Positions 49,749 to 60,159 of a DNA stretch of 64,000 nt are shown here, one piece after another; positions within the stretch are counted from its first letter, which is position 1; the number at the start of each line of letters is the position of its first letter. The position numbers and the translations under genes are program-made. The DNA is from an uncultured Chlamydiae bacterium (lineage in GTDB: Bacteria; Chlamydiota; Chlamydiia; Chlamydiales; SM23-39), in contig CAWHDP010000002.1 of assembly GCA_963828125.1 (NCBI GenBank), forward strand, positions 448,001-512,000, written 5' to 3'. The notes below the pieces were generated by a model. It was given only the letters and a program-made list of their open reading frames with translations, was not told where the DNA came from and did no database searches.

Positions 49749-51034
49749 AGATTCGGACCCGCCTCCTCCTCTTTCTCCTCCCCACTTTGGTCGGCAGCAT
49801 CGCTTTGGTCTCCGCATTGCTTGCCGTCAATTGGTATAAAGAGATTGTCGAAGGGTTCCGGATCCGGCTCCAGTCAGCCGTCATCACCACAGCCGCCATC
49901 CACGCCTCAAAGGAACAATTGGGCGCCCTCCGCGATCAGCTTGGAGTCACCGACCTTTATTTCGTCGAGATTCAATCGCCCGATATTCAGATGATCCCCA
50001 AACAGCTCCACATCACCCCCATCTACACCTCCAAAGAAGGGGAAAAACTGATGAGCGGCTACGCCCCTGTTTTTGATGGGAACGGGCACGTCATGGGACT
50101 CATGGGAGCCGATATCCATGTGAATTTGATCGATAAAAAATTCCACGAGAGCCTTTTTCTGATTATTCTCTGCGCTGGATTCACCATTTTGATGATGGTG
50201 ATCACTCTTTTTCTCATCGCCAATAAAATTTCACGCCCCGTTCAGATGCTCAACAATTCAGCCCTCGCCATTGCCGCAGGCCAATACGGCGAATCGGTCC
50301 AGGTGAACGGACCGCGCGAAATCGCAGAGCTTGCCAATACGCTCAACACCATGAGCGAATGCCTCCACGAAAATATCAATCGGCTCCAAGAAAATTCGCT
50401 CCTCCGCGAAAGGCTCTACGGCGAGTACGAGTGCGCGATGCTGTTGCAGCACATGATGCTCCAAAAAAACATCGATGACTGCAGATCCGACGCCGTCGCC
50501 GTGAAATCGATCACCCTCTTCTCCGAAAGCCCCCGCGGCCTTCTCCTCGATTTTCCCAAAGCAGAGCGCTCCGATCTCTTCCAAATTCATATGGCCGAGG
50601 CCGAAGAAGAGGGGTTCGAGGGGATGTATCAGCTTTTGACCCAATACAAGCTCCAAGCCAAAGGGGGCCCTTTATTGGGACAAGAAACTCACACCACCCT
50701 GCTGTTCGATCGGAGCGCCTCAACCCTCCAAATCAAAGGACCTCACCTCCCCCTCTTCTGGTCGCTCGACGAGGCTCGGTTCCTAGAACCCAATCAAGGG
50801 GGCTTAAAGATCGATTCCGGCGATTATCTCTTTTTATTCAGCCAAGGGCTCCTCCGCTTCTACAAAGGCCACAAACAGATCTCCGAACTCTTGGCCAAAG
50901 TCCTCAAAATCTTCGCCTCCGACGGCCTCGAAACCTGCTCCTCTATGCTCCAAAAAGAAATTGCGTTTGCCACTAAGCGTAAGGATCTTAAAGACGATAT
51001 CCACCTGTTGTGCTTTCAGATTCTCAATCCGTGA
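49745..51034 (+). CDS. Membrane HAMP protein with degenerate SpoIIE/PP2C-like domain
   Basis: 2 TM, small Cache-like domain (SGYAPVFD...GLMGADI), HAMP (EIAELANTLNTM), C-terminal SGDYLFLFSQG and DDIHLL. Confidence 0.75.
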   Translation: MKIRTRLLLFLLPTLVGSIALVSALLAVNWYKEIVEGFRIRLQSAVITTAAIHASKEQLGALRDQLGVTDLYFVEIQSPDIQMIPKQLHITPIYTSKEGEKLMSGYAPVFDGNGHVMGLMGADIHVNLIDKKFHESLFLIILCAGFTILMMVITLFLIANKISRPVQMLNNSALAIAAGQYGESVQVNGPREIAELANTLNTMSECLHENINRLQENSLLRERLYGEYECAMLLQHMMLQKNIDDCRSDAVAVKSITLFSESPRGLLLDFPKAERSDLFQIHMAEAEEEGFEGMYQLLTQYKLQAKGGPLLGQETHTTLLFDRSASTLQIKGPHLPLFWSLDEARFLEPNQGGLKIDSGDYLFLFSQGLLRFYKGHKQISELLAKVLKIFASDGLETCSSMLQKEIAFATKRKDLKDDIHLLCFQILNP

Positions 51035-51127
51035 TACTGGGATGCGGATGATATAAAAAAATTACTGGTTAGAATTGCTGGGATTGTTGTATAATGTTAT
51101 TTATAAAGGACCAATAAAAGGAGTCTT

Positions 51128-51424
51128 ATGCGTACAATTGGAAGTTCAAACGTGTTTGAGAAAGCACTGGCCCGGTGCGAAGCGGCTTTGAAGTCTAGCC
51201 CAGCACCTAAAGCTCTGAAGTTGAGCTCCGAAAAAGTGCAAGGCCAGTTTGCTAATGCCAGGATGGCCAGCAGCTGGCAACGAGATTATACCCGTGTCAA
51301 GACTACTGCAGAGTTACTTGAGATGTTGGAGGTATTGAACAATCCGAGGTTCAGATTGACGCTGAGCGATTGGAATAGACATGGGGCAGTAGACGCCGCA
51401 ATCTGCAAAGCGCAAGGAAAATAA
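51128..51424 (+). CDS. Small hypothetical protein
   Basis: AGGAG RBS, TATAAT upstream, own terminator. Confidence 0.6.
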   Translation: MRTIGSSNVFEKALARCEAALKSSPAPKALKLSSEKVQGQFANARMASSWQRDYTRVKTTAELLEMLEVLNNPRFRLTLSDWNRHGAVDAAICKAQGK

Positions 51425-51458
51425 ATATTTTCAGTCCTCATCCGATGGCCCTGCACTC

Positions 51459-51489
51459 AATGCCAGCCACTTAGGCTGGCATTTTTTTT
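51459..51489 (+). terminator. Rho-independent terminator
   Basis: AATGCCAGCC-loop-GGCTGGCATT followed by a T-run. Confidence 0.85.
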
Positions 51490-51591
51490 GTATTAAAATG
51501 CACACAAAATACTTTAAATTAAACGCTTTAAATATATTAGATTTTATATTATAATCTGTATTCGTAATAACTTTAATTAAAGGATGTAATT

Positions 51592-52011
51592 ATGACCACA
51601 AGAACAGGCCCAAGAACACCACTAGGCATAGAGGCAGTTGCGCAGCTCCAGAGTACAGACGATCTCATAAAAAATGGGATTTTGAGGAAGGATAGCGCTC
51701 TACGCAACGATGCGATTTCAAAATTGATTGGACTGCAAGAGAGGACAAGGAAAGAAGCAGTTCTTCTGGCAACGGCCATGATAAATCTACGAGGGCCAGC
51801 AGATGCTGCTTTGACGCAGAGTGAATATACAAAGGTGATAATTGCCCTCGACGCCGGAATAGCCCGTGCCCAGGCAACAGGTCCATGCGGCGGATATGGA
51901 AAAACCATAATAAAAGCAGCCACAGTACTCGCTACGCTCGCAGCCGCTGGAACAAACTACTACATGAAGTACATGATGGATACCCCTACGGGCAAATTCA
52001 GCGCTTTTTAA
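51592..52011 (+). CDS. Small hypothetical protein with C-terminal hydrophobic helix
   Basis: AAGGA RBS, TTTAAA-17-TATAAT upstream, own terminator. Confidence 0.6.
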   Translation: MTTRTGPRTPLGIEAVAQLQSTDDLIKNGILRKDSALRNDAISKLIGLQERTRKEAVLLATAMINLRGPADAALTQSEYTKVIIALDAGIARAQATGPCGGYGKTIIKAATVLATLAAAGTNYYMKYMMDTPTGKFSAF

Positions 52012-52031
52012 CAACCTAAGTACATCCGAAC

Positions 52032-52064
52032 AAAATGCCAGCAGCCTTTGCTGGCATTTTTTTT
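52032..52064. terminator. Bidirectional Rho-independent terminator
   Basis: AAAA-TGCCAGCA-loop-TGCTGGCA-T8 between convergent genes. Confidence 0.85.
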
Positions 52065-52067
52065 GCC

Positions 52068-52307
52068 TTAAGCGTTCACTTTCCGCTTCTCAATATAATC
52101 GACCACATCGCCAACCGTCTTGAGCCTCTCCGCGTCTTCTTCTGAAATCTCAAAGCCAAAGCGCTCTTCAAAAGTCATGATGAGTTCAGTGAGATCGAGA
52201 GAGTCGGCGTTCAGATCCTCGACGAACGATTTTCCAAGCGTCACTTCGGCGACATCCACACCTAGCTGTTCGACGATGATGTCAATCACTTCTTTTTGTA
52301 TTGTCAT
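52068..52307 (-). CDS. acpP: Acyl carrier protein
   Basis: [14 protein letters not shown] motif. Confidence 0.97.
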   Translation of the reverse strand: MTIQKEVIDIIVEQLGVDVAEVTLGKSFVEDLNADSLDLTELIMTFEERFGFEISEEDAERLKTVGDVVDYIEKRKVNA

Positions 52308-52333
52308 AAATTCCCTTTGGGTTTTTCTAGATT

Positions 52334-53089
52334 CTACATCACCATGCCGCCGTCGACGGTCAAGACCTGCCCCGTCATATAGCCAGCCAAATCGCTGGCT
52401 AAAAAAAGGGCCGCATGGGCGATGTCCCGAGGATGGCCGATCCGGCCCATCGGTATTTTTGAAAGGATCGCCTCCTTAACGGAGGGGGAGAGCCCCTCTG
52501 TCATCGAGGTGTCAATATAGCCAGGGGCGATGCAATTGGCGCGGATGCCGCGGCTCGCAAGTTCCTTCGCAATGGATTGGGTAAATCCGATCATCCCCGC
52601 TTTCGAGGCGGCATAGTTGGCTTGTCCCGCATTGCCGATGAGTCCGATGATGGAGGTGATATTGATGATGCTGCCGCTCCGGGCTTTCATCATAGGCCGG
52701 CATAGGGCTTTGCACGTATGGTAGACCGATTTTAAGTTGACCTCCATCACGAGATCCCAATCTTCCTCGCCCATTTTCATGAGGAGATTGTCCCTCGTGA
52801 TCCCCGCATTATTGACAAGGATGTCGATTTTGCCGAAGTCTTGGAGTAATTTCTCAATGAACGGCCCTACCTCTTTCGATTGGGAGACGTCGACAAGGTG
52901 GGCGGCCATTTTTTGCTCGGGGTCTCCCTTGGCAGCTTCCAACTCTTTAAGGGCAAGGGCCGCTCTCTCCAGATGAGTTCCTAAAATAATGACGCTCGCC
53001 CCATGCTGGGCGTAGAGCGTCGCGATCGCCTTTCCGATTCCAGCAGTCCCCCCCGTAATCAGGGCCGTTTTCCCTTTAAGCCATTGCAT
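52334..53089 (-). CDS. fabG: 3-oxoacyl-ACP reductase
   Basis: [21 protein letters not shown] motifs. Confidence 0.96.
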   Translation of the reverse strand: MQWLKGKTALITGGTAGIGKAIATLYAQHGASVIILGTHLERAALALKELEAAKGDPEQKMAAHLVDVSQSKEVGPFIEKLLQDFGKIDILVNNAGITRDNLLMKMGEEDWDLVMEVNLKSVYHTCKALCRPMMKARSGSIINITSIIGLIGNAGQANYAASKAGMIGFTQSIAKELASRGIRANCIAPGYIDTSMTEGLSPSVKEAILSKIPMGRIGHPRDIAHAALFLASDLAGYMTGQVLTVDGGMVM

Positions 53090-53996
53090 GAACCGTCTCC
53101 AAATCCGTTACTTTTTCTATCGACGCCATTGCAGAGACGTCCATTTTTTTATTCAGCCCGGTGAGCGTCTTCCCGCATCCGATTTCGAGAAAAAGCCCGA
53201 CGCCTCTCTTTTTCATCGCCTGGATCCCCTGTTCCCAGCGAACCGATTGAGTCACTTGGGAGATCAGATGGCGCCGGATCTCATCGAGGTTTTGGACAAA
53301 ATCGCCAGGGACGTTCATCACAAATTCCATGGGACTCTCTTGCAAAGGGGCCCTTTCGATAAAGGGGGCGAGCTCTTCTTGAGCGGCGCGCATCAGGCCG
53401 CTGTGAAAAGCGCCATGGACTGCGAGGGGTAAGATCCTCCTAGCTCCCCGCTCTTTGAGGAGGAGGGCCCCTTGTTCGACCCCTTTCTGAGTACCGGAAA
53501 TCACCGTCTGTCCGGGGGCGTTGAAATTGGCGACCCACACATCGGAGAGGCCGGAGAGCGCCTCCTCAATAGAGAGAGGGTCGAGTCCCAAGACGGCCGC
53601 CATAGTCCCCGAGGTCCTTTCACACGCCTCATTCATCAAACGGGCCCGTTCCCGCACCAAGAAGAGGGTCTCGGCAAAGCTGAGACGCCCGCTTGCGCAA
53701 AGGGCGGTGTACTCCCCCAAACTCAAACCTGCAACAACAAACGGCTTGAGGTGGGGAAGCTCTTTCAAAGCCGTTCGCAAGATGGCCATACTCGTCACAA
53801 AAATAGCGAGCTGACTATTTTTCGTCTGAGTTAAAAGCCCCTCCGGCCCCTCGAAAATAAGAGTGGATAATTTTTGTTTCAATCGTTCGTCAGCCTCTTG
53901 AAAGGTCTCTTTCGCAATAGAGAAAGAATCGAAAAAATCTCTCCCCATATGGACGTATTGAGCCCCCTGGCCCGGAAAAAGGATCGCTATCTTCAT
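53076..53996 (-). CDS. fabD: Malonyl-CoA-ACP transacylase
   Basis: FPGQGAQ, GLSLGEY, GAFHS motifs. Confidence 0.96.
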   Translation of the reverse strand: MKIAILFPGQGAQYVHMGRDFFDSFSIAKETFQEADERLKQKLSTLIFEGPEGLLTQTKNSQLAIFVTSMAILRTALKELPHLKPFVVAGLSLGEYTALCASGRLSFAETLFLVRERARLMNEACERTSGTMAAVLGLDPLSIEEALSGLSDVWVANFNAPGQTVISGTQKGVEQGALLLKERGARRILPLAVHGAFHSGLMRAAQEELAPFIERAPLQESPMEFVMNVPGDFVQNLDEIRRHLISQVTQSVRWEQGIQAMKKRGVGLFLEIGCGKTLTGLNKKMDVSAMASIEKVTDLETVHAMA

Positions 53997-54985
53997 TCTG
54001 CCCTCAATACGCTGGCTCCCCAGGCAAGGCCCGATCCAAACGCTGTCAATAAAATATGTTCCCCGCTCTTGAGCGGTCCGCTTTTTAAGAGCTCATCGAG
54101 GGCAATGCCGACCGATGAGGCGGATGTATTTCCATATTTTTCGACCGTTTTAAAAATTCTTTCGGGAGGGAGGTGCTCAAAACGCTTCGCAATCGCATCG
54201 ATAATCCTCATATTGGCCTGGTGGGGAATCAGCCAACTGATCTCCATCTCGGTCAGTCCCGCCGTATCAAGGCATTTTTTACAAGCTGCCTCCATCCGCC
54301 TGACGGCATGCTTAAATACCTCCCTGCCAACCATTTTGATATAATGACCGCGAGAGGCCACGCTCTCGGCCGTCGCAGGACATCTGCTGCCACCGGCCGG
54401 AATGACGATGAGCTCCGCCTGCTCTCCGTCACAGCCGAGTTGAACGCTTTCAATCGCAAGACCGGTCCCCTCTCCGGAGATCACGCAAGCGGCCGCCCCG
54501 TCCCCAAAAAGGACGCACGTCGTCCGATCCGTATAGTCTGTAAAGGCGGAAAGCTTATCGGCCGCGACGACAAGGACATTTTTGTAAGAGCCGCTCTCAA
54601 TAAAAGATTTAGCCATAGAGAGAAGATAAAGAAAGCCTGTGCAAGCGGCCTGTACGTCGACGCCAGCTCCGTTTTTCGCGCCAATCGCATGTTGAATAAG
54701 GCAGGCTGTGCTGGGAAAAGGGTAATCGGGCGTCGAGGTCGCTACAAGGATAAAATCGATCTCATCGGATCCAATTTTAGCATCGGAGATCGCCGCGAGG
54801 GCCGCCTTGACCCCCATGTGGGAGGTACACTCTTCAGCCCCTGCAATCCGCCGTTCTTTCATCCCTGTACGGGTGACAATCCATTCGTCGGAGGTCTCAA
54901 CCATTTTCTCTAAATCGGCGTTGGTGAGAACCTTTTCTGGAAGGTAGGAACCCGTACCTATAATTTTTGCTTTCTTTTTCATCAT
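53993..54985 (-). CDS. fabH: 3-oxoacyl-ACP synthase III
   Basis: AACTGF, LFGDGAAA, PHQAN, YGNTSASS motifs. Confidence 0.96.
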   Translation of the reverse strand: MMKKKAKIIGTGSYLPEKVLTNADLEKMVETSDEWIVTRTGMKERRIAGAEECTSHMGVKAALAAISDAKIGSDEIDFILVATSTPDYPFPSTACLIQHAIGAKNGAGVDVQAACTGFLYLLSMAKSFIESGSYKNVLVVAADKLSAFTDYTDRTTCVLFGDGAAACVISGEGTGLAIESVQLGCDGEQAELIVIPAGGSRCPATAESVASRGHYIKMVGREVFKHAVRRMEAACKKCLDTAGLTEMEISWLIPHQANMRIIDAIAKRFEHLPPERIFKTVEKYGNTSASSVGIALDELLKSGPLKSGEHILLTAFGSGLAWGASVLRAE

Positions 54986-55095
54986 ATATGTCGGGTGCGA
55001 GTTTAGCGGATGGGCGTTTAATTTGGAAGGGAGGTTTTGTTCAGTAAAAATTTGAACCAAAAAGAAAATAGCCCTTTCTGATATAGTCCTCGTCT

Positions 55096-55692
55096 ATGGC
55101 CCATAAATTCCCAGAAGATCTCTTAGCCCTCGTCGCCCATCTCAAAAAACTCCCTGGCGTCGGCGCCCGGACCGCCGAGCGTTTCGCCTTCGAATTTCTC
55201 ACCTGGAGCGCCTCTTCGCTCCAAGAGCTCGGAGCCACCCTCTCCGATCTCCGAGAAAAAGTTCCCCCTTGCCCCACTTGCGGCTGTCTCTCCGATCGGG
55301 GCCATTGCAGATTTTGCCTCCGCCGCGACACGGCCTCCCTTTGTCTCATCGCCTCGCCCCGCGACGCCTACGCAATCGAAGAGACTGGCCATTATAAGGG
55401 CCTCTACCACGTGATCGAGCACCTCCTCTCCCCTCTCGACGGACGGCACGCAGACAAACTCCGCCTCGACCGGATCGAAAAACGGATCGAAGAGCACAAT
55501 ATCCGCGAAGTAATCATCGCCTTCGATTCGACGCTCGAAGGAGATACCACCGCACTGTATCTCAAAAGCGGACTCGCCCGCCCCAATCTATCTATTTCCC
55601 GCCTCGCATTTGGCCTTCCGGTCGGCAGCAGTCTCGAATACATTGACGGAGGGACGCTCGCCCGTGCGCTCTCGGGCCGTCAAGCGCTGTAG
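55096..55692 (+). CDS. recR: Recombination mediator RecR
   Basis: LPGVGARTAER, C4 zinc finger, RLAFGLPVGSSLEYID motifs. Confidence 0.95.
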   Translation: MAHKFPEDLLALVAHLKKLPGVGARTAERFAFEFLTWSASSLQELGATLSDLREKVPPCPTCGCLSDRGHCRFCLRRDTASLCLIASPRDAYAIEETGHYKGLYHVIEHLLSPLDGRHADKLRLDRIEKRIEEHNIREVIIAFDSTLEGDTTALYLKSGLARPNLSISRLAFGLPVGSSLEYIDGGTLARALSGRQAL

Positions 55693-55746
55693 TTGCAAAA
55701 ATTGTTCCGACTTTCTATAATCGACTGACTACGACGGATTGACCGA

Positions 55747-58149
55747 ATGCGTTTCATTAGATCTTATGCCCTTTTATCGATATTGCTTGCGAGCGCGACT
55801 GCTCCGCTGATTTCCGCCGAGTTATATGACGACCGGAAAGTTTCACACATCGAAATCATCGTCGACTCTGAAGAAAATGCTCGAGTCGATCCCGCTCCCA
55901 TCTTGTCGCGATTGAAAACGCGCGAGGGGGATGATTTTTCCCAGCTCACGTTTGATAGCGACCTCAAGACATTGGCAGGCGAGTATGATCGGGTGGAGCC
56001 CTCCATCCGCTTGCAAAACGGCCAGGTGTTTATCACGCTCCACATCACCCTGAAGCCGGTCATCCACCAAATTCAATGGAGCGGCAATCTCCAATACTCG
56101 ACCTCAACCCTGCAGAAAGAGTTGGACGTCAAGCCGAATACCGTCTTCAACCGGCAAGAATTCAATAGAGCGTTCAATAAGGTCAAGGAGTTCTACTTTA
56201 AAAAAGGCTATTTTGAATCGCAGCTCAGCTATCATGTGCAGCCGCTAGAGGGGACCGACCAGATCGATATCTGGATCGATGTCCAAGAGGGGCGGCCTGG
56301 CCACATCCGGAAGATCGTATTGAATGGCTTCACCCCTTCGGAACAAGACGATATCAATGAGCAGATGTATTTAAAAAAATACAACTTCCTCACTAGCTGG
56401 CTCACCGGCACTGGGGTCTATCGCGACGAGGCGCTCGAACAAGACCGGATGACGATCCTCAATTACCTCCACAACAAGGGCTATGCCGATGCGCGGGTTC
56501 AGATCGATCTCATCGACGATCCAGAGAGCGGCAAGTTAATCATCGACATCACGGCGCATAGAGGCCAAATCTACCGTTTTGGCTCCATCTCATTTGAGGG
56601 CAATACCTTGATTTCTGACGAGGAAATCGCCCAAAAATTGCTCGTTGCGCAAGGGGAGAATTTTTCTCCCGACAAGGTGCGCGACACAGGACAGACGATC
56701 AAAGATCTCTATGGGCAAAAAGGGTACATCGACGCAAGCGTCCAATATGAGACGATTTTGATGGAACATGAGCCGGTCTTCGACGTCCGGTTTTCGATCG
56801 ATGAAGGGGAACAATACAAAGTAGGGCTTGTCCACATTTTTGGCAATGTGTCGACAAAGGCGAATGTGATCCTCCGCGAATCTCTCCTCGTCCCCGGGGA
56901 GACCTTCGATTCGCGCAAACTGAGAGTGACCCAACAGAGGCTCGAGGCGATCGGCTACTTTAAGAGCGTCAACGTGTACGCCGTCCGTTCGGCAGATGAT
57001 GAGCGTCTGGGCGATACGTACCGAGACGTCTATATCGAAGTCGAAGAGACGACGACCGGAAACGTCAGCCTATTCATGGGATTTAGCTCTATGGACGACG
57101 TATTCGGCGGGATCGATCTCACCGAAAGAAATTTCAATCTGAGAGGAATAGGCAAAGCCCTCGGCGGCCACCTTTCAGCCCTGAGAGGCGGCGGGGAATT
57201 CTTCCACGTCAGGGGCACCGTCGGCAAAAAGCAGAACAACATCCTCGTCTCCTGGATGAATCCGTACGTCAATGACACGTTATGGCGGCTTGGGGTTGAA
57301 GTGAGCCGGACATTCAGCGAACTACAAAATCACGTGATTGTGGTCACCTATGGTGGTTCCGTTTATACAAATTATCCACTGACTCAATATTGGACCGTCG
57401 GCATGCGGCAGAGGGTGAGACACTCGAAGGACGATTTGAATTTGCATCCTCTTGACGATTCAGAGATCGCGAAGCAATCTGTCAAAAACATGAAAAAACA
57501 GCTCAACCAAGATGGGCTGATTTCGGCCTTTAGCGGCAATCTGAGCTACGATTCCACCGATAATCCCTTTAAGCCCCACCGCGGCTGGCGCTCCTATTTC
57601 GAGACCGAGGCAGCTGGAGTCGGCGGCAGCTACCAATTCTTCAAATTCAGCTACCTCAACTCGATTTATTTCCCTGTCTGGCGGAAAGGGACGCTGAAAC
57701 TCCGCGGAGACTTCAAATACATCATCCCCTTCGGGAGAACAAGCAAAGAAACAGTCCCTTACAGCGAGAGATTCTTCCTCGGCGGAGAGACCACGGTTCG
57801 CGGCTACAAACCGTTCCTCCTCGGACCCCTGGTCGCATTGGAAAATGCACAAAAGCAAAAAGAGCTGACAGACACCCCCTACGGAGGGCTATCGTCCTCA
57901 ATGCTCTCTTTAGAGTTCAACCAAGAAATTTTTAAGATGTTAGATATTTTTGCCTTTTTCGACGTCGGCAGCGTCACATTCGGCGAATTTGACGTGACGC
58001 AAATCCGCCCCACGACCGGTTTAGGAATCCGGATCGACATTGGAAATCGGACCCCGATTATGGTCGGTACAGGCATTCCACTAGTCAAAAAAGACAGACA
58101 TGAGGGAAAATGGCAGAAAGTCTTCTTCTCAATGGGCGGACAATTTTAA
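55747..58149 (+). CDS. bamA: Outer membrane protein assembly factor BamA
   Basis: POTRA repeats, ERFFLGGETTVRGY, terminal MGGQF; followed by skp and lpxD. Confidence 0.95.
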   Translation: MRFIRSYALLSILLASATAPLISAELYDDRKVSHIEIIVDSEENARVDPAPILSRLKTREGDDFSQLTFDSDLKTLAGEYDRVEPSIRLQNGQVFITLHITLKPVIHQIQWSGNLQYSTSTLQKELDVKPNTVFNRQEFNRAFNKVKEFYFKKGYFESQLSYHVQPLEGTDQIDIWIDVQEGRPGHIRKIVLNGFTPSEQDDINEQMYLKKYNFLTSWLTGTGVYRDEALEQDRMTILNYLHNKGYADARVQIDLIDDPESGKLIIDITAHRGQIYRFGSISFEGNTLISDEEIAQKLLVAQGENFSPDKVRDTGQTIKDLYGQKGYIDASVQYETILMEHEPVFDVRFSIDEGEQYKVGLVHIFGNVSTKANVILRESLLVPGETFDSRKLRVTQQRLEAIGYFKSVNVYAVRSADDERLGDTYRDVYIEVEETTTGNVSLFMGFSSMDDVFGGIDLTERNFNLRGIGKALGGHLSALRGGGEFFHVRGTVGKKQNNILVSWMNPYVNDTLWRLGVEVSRTFSELQNHVIVVTYGGSVYTNYPLTQYWTVGMRQRVRHSKDDLNLHPLDDSEIAKQSVKNMKKQLNQDGLISAFSGNLSYDSTDNPFKPHRGWRSYFETEAAGVGGSYQFFKFSYLNSIYFPVWRKGTLKLRGDFKYIIPFGRTSKETVPYSERFFLGGETTVRGYKPFLLGPLVALENAQKQKELTDTPYGGLSSSMLSLEFNQEIFKMLDIFAFFDVGSVTFGEFDVTQIRPTTGLGIRIDIGNRTPIMVGTGIPLVKKDRHEGKWQKVFFSMGGQF

Positions 58150-58172
58150 CAAAAAATGAAAGGAGCATGAAC

Positions 58173-58778
58173 ATGCGTAAATTTTTCCTCTCGGCAGCCA
58201 CCACTTTTGGCCTCATCGCGGCCTCAGCCATAGCTGCTGAAAATCCCCTGATCGGCGTCGTCAATTTCGCCACCTGTATCTCCGAGTCGAAGACCGGTAA
58301 GAAAGAGCAGGAAAACATGGAAAGTATGCGCAAGCAGATGTCTACGCTGATCGAAGACACCCAGAAAGAAATCGACGAGATTTCTACAAAATTTGAAGAC
58401 CCTGAGTATTTGGACAGCCTCTCTCCCAAAGCGGAAGAAGACCTCAAAGTACGGTTCCAAGCGCTTCAAGAAGAGCTCGGTCAGTATCAAAACCAATTTT
58501 ATCAGGTGCTCAACCACGCCAACTATCAAATGATTCAAAAAATGAGCGGCAACATTGCCAAGGCAGCTGAAAAAGTGGCGAGCGAGAGGCATTTGGATTA
58601 CATCATGAATAAAGAAGCCTGCTTCTACATCCGTTCAGATCTCGATGTGACAACACAAGTGATCGGTGAGATGGATAAGAGTTTTGAGTTAGACGCTAAG
58701 GCAAAAAAACTCACTGAGAACGGAGAGGAGCTCCAGATCAACGCAATTGAAGAAACGATGCTAGATCAGGCAGGTTAA
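58173..58778 (+). CDS. skp: OmpH/Skp periplasmic chaperone
   Basis: Signal peptide, IGVVNF, long coiled coil, DVTTQVI. Confidence 0.9.
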   Translation: MRKFFLSAATTFGLIAASAIAAENPLIGVVNFATCISESKTGKKEQENMESMRKQMSTLIEDTQKEIDEISTKFEDPEYLDSLSPKAEEDLKVRFQALQEELGQYQNQFYQVLNHANYQMIQKMSGNIAKAAEKVASERHLDYIMNKEACFYIRSDLDVTTQVIGEMDKSFELDAKAKKLTENGEELQINAIEETMLDQAG

Positions 58779-59827
58779 TGAGCTATACGCTAGCTGAACT
58801 GGGCGCCCTTTTCGGCGCCCGACTCATAGGCGATTCATCGACGCCTATTTTTGGAGTGAATACGCTAGATGAAGCGGGTCCGACAGACGCCTCCTTTCTC
58901 GCCAATCCCCGTTATACCGAGGCGATGAAGAGTTCCAAGGCGGGGGTCGTCTGCGTCACTCCTCAGACTCCCTTACCCGAGGGGAAAAATTTTCTCATTT
59001 CGGAGGATCCCTCCCGCACTTTCCAGCAAATAGCCGAACTCCTCCTCCGGCTCACCCATTCAGGTTTTATCGGCGTCCACCCTTCAGCGGTCATTCACCC
59101 CACTGCAACGCTCGGCCCCAATGTCACAGTAGGCCCCCACGCCGTCATCGACCGAGACGCCAAGATAGGCCCTGGGACCCATATCGGCCCCAACGTCTCC
59201 ATTGGCTTTGAAGTGGAGATCGGCGCCGACTGCCACATCCATCCCCACTGCACCATCCGCGAGCGTTGCCAGCTAGGGAACCGGGTCATTTTACAGCCCG
59301 GAGCCGTCATCGGCTCCTGCGGTTTTGGCTACACCCCCGACAAACTCGGCCGCCACATGAAGCTCGAGCAGCTCGGCGTCGTCATCCTCGAAGACGACGT
59401 CGAGGTCGGCGCCAATACCGCCATCGATAGATCCCGCTTCAAAGCGACAATCATCCGGAAAGGGACCAAAATCGATAATCTCGTCCAAATCGCCCACAAC
59501 GTCGAAATCGGCGAACACAACATCATCGCCGCGCAAACTGGGGTCGCCGGCTCGGCCAAGACCGGCAAATACGTCATGCTCGGCGGCCAAGTGGGGATCG
59601 TCGGTCACGTTGAGCTAGACGATCACGTCCTCGTCGCCACCCGAGGCGGAGTCAGCAAATCGCTCAAAGCTGGCAAATACCGCGGCAGCCCCGCCCTCCC
59701 GATCGCCGAATACCATCGGCAAGAGGTTCACGTCCGCAAACTCGACGAGTATGTCCAAAGGCTCAAAGAGCTTGAGAAAAAATTGCAGTCATCGAAGGAT
59801 CCAGCATCCACCTCTTGCATACCTTGA
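58778..59827 (+). CDS. lpxD: UDP-3-O-acyl-glucosamine N-acyltransferase
   Basis: FLANPRY, hexapeptide repeats, [20 protein letters not shown] motifs. Confidence 0.96.
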   Translation: MSYTLAELGALFGARLIGDSSTPIFGVNTLDEAGPTDASFLANPRYTEAMKSSKAGVVCVTPQTPLPEGKNFLISEDPSRTFQQIAELLLRLTHSGFIGVHPSAVIHPTATLGPNVTVGPHAVIDRDAKIGPGTHIGPNVSIGFEVEIGADCHIHPHCTIRERCQLGNRVILQPGAVIGSCGFGYTPDKLGRHMKLEQLGVVILEDDVEVGANTAIDRSRFKATIIRKGTKIDNLVQIAHNVEIGEHNIIAAQTGVAGSAKTGKYVMLGGQVGIVGHVELDDHVLVATRGGVSKSLKAGKYRGSPALPIAEYHRQEVHVRKLDEYVQRLKELEKKLQSSKDPASTSCIP

Positions 59828-59842
59828 ATGAAGTAAAAGTTC

Positions 59843-59880
59843 AGGGGAGGATATCACAAATGGTTGACAGTTTGGAAGGA
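59843..59880 (+). repeat. Direct repeat copy 1 (mutS promoter region, contains TTGACA)
   Basis: 38 nt identical to 63963-64000. Confidence 0.95.
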
Positions 59881-59899
59881 GGGAAGGCATATTGGAGCC

Positions 59900-60046
59900 A
59901 TGACTGTCACTCCGATGATGTCCCAATGGCAAACATGCAAGGATCAGAGCAAAAACGCCCTGCTCCTTTTTCGTTTAGGCGATTTTTACGAGGCCTTTTA
60001 CGAGGACGCCCAGATCATTTCAATAGACCCCTCTAAAATCTGGTGA
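59900..60046 (+). pseudogene. mutS: Truncated 5' fragment of mutS
   Basis: [34 protein letters not shown] is the MutS domain I motif; similarity ends near 60022 and the frame stops at 60046. Confidence 0.88.
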
Positions 60047-60091
60047 GGATTCTACACCCATGCATTATTTATTGAAAGGAAAAAATTTATC

Positions 60092-60159
60092 TATACTGTG
60101 GCCACCCCAAATTCACATTTTTGAGGTGGCCGCAGTATAACACTGGACATTGGCCATTT
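60092..60159. repeat. 48-bp imperfect palindrome (family C) abutting a family-A end
   Basis: TATACTGTGGCCACCCCAAA...TTTGAGGTGGCCGCAGTATA (20-bp arms, 2 mismatches), then ACACTGGACATTGGCCATTT. Confidence 0.75.

Noticed and set aside
54986..55095. fabH-recR intergenic region as a possible riboswitch or sRNA
   Set aside because: No convincing stem or known motif; consistent with divergent promoters.
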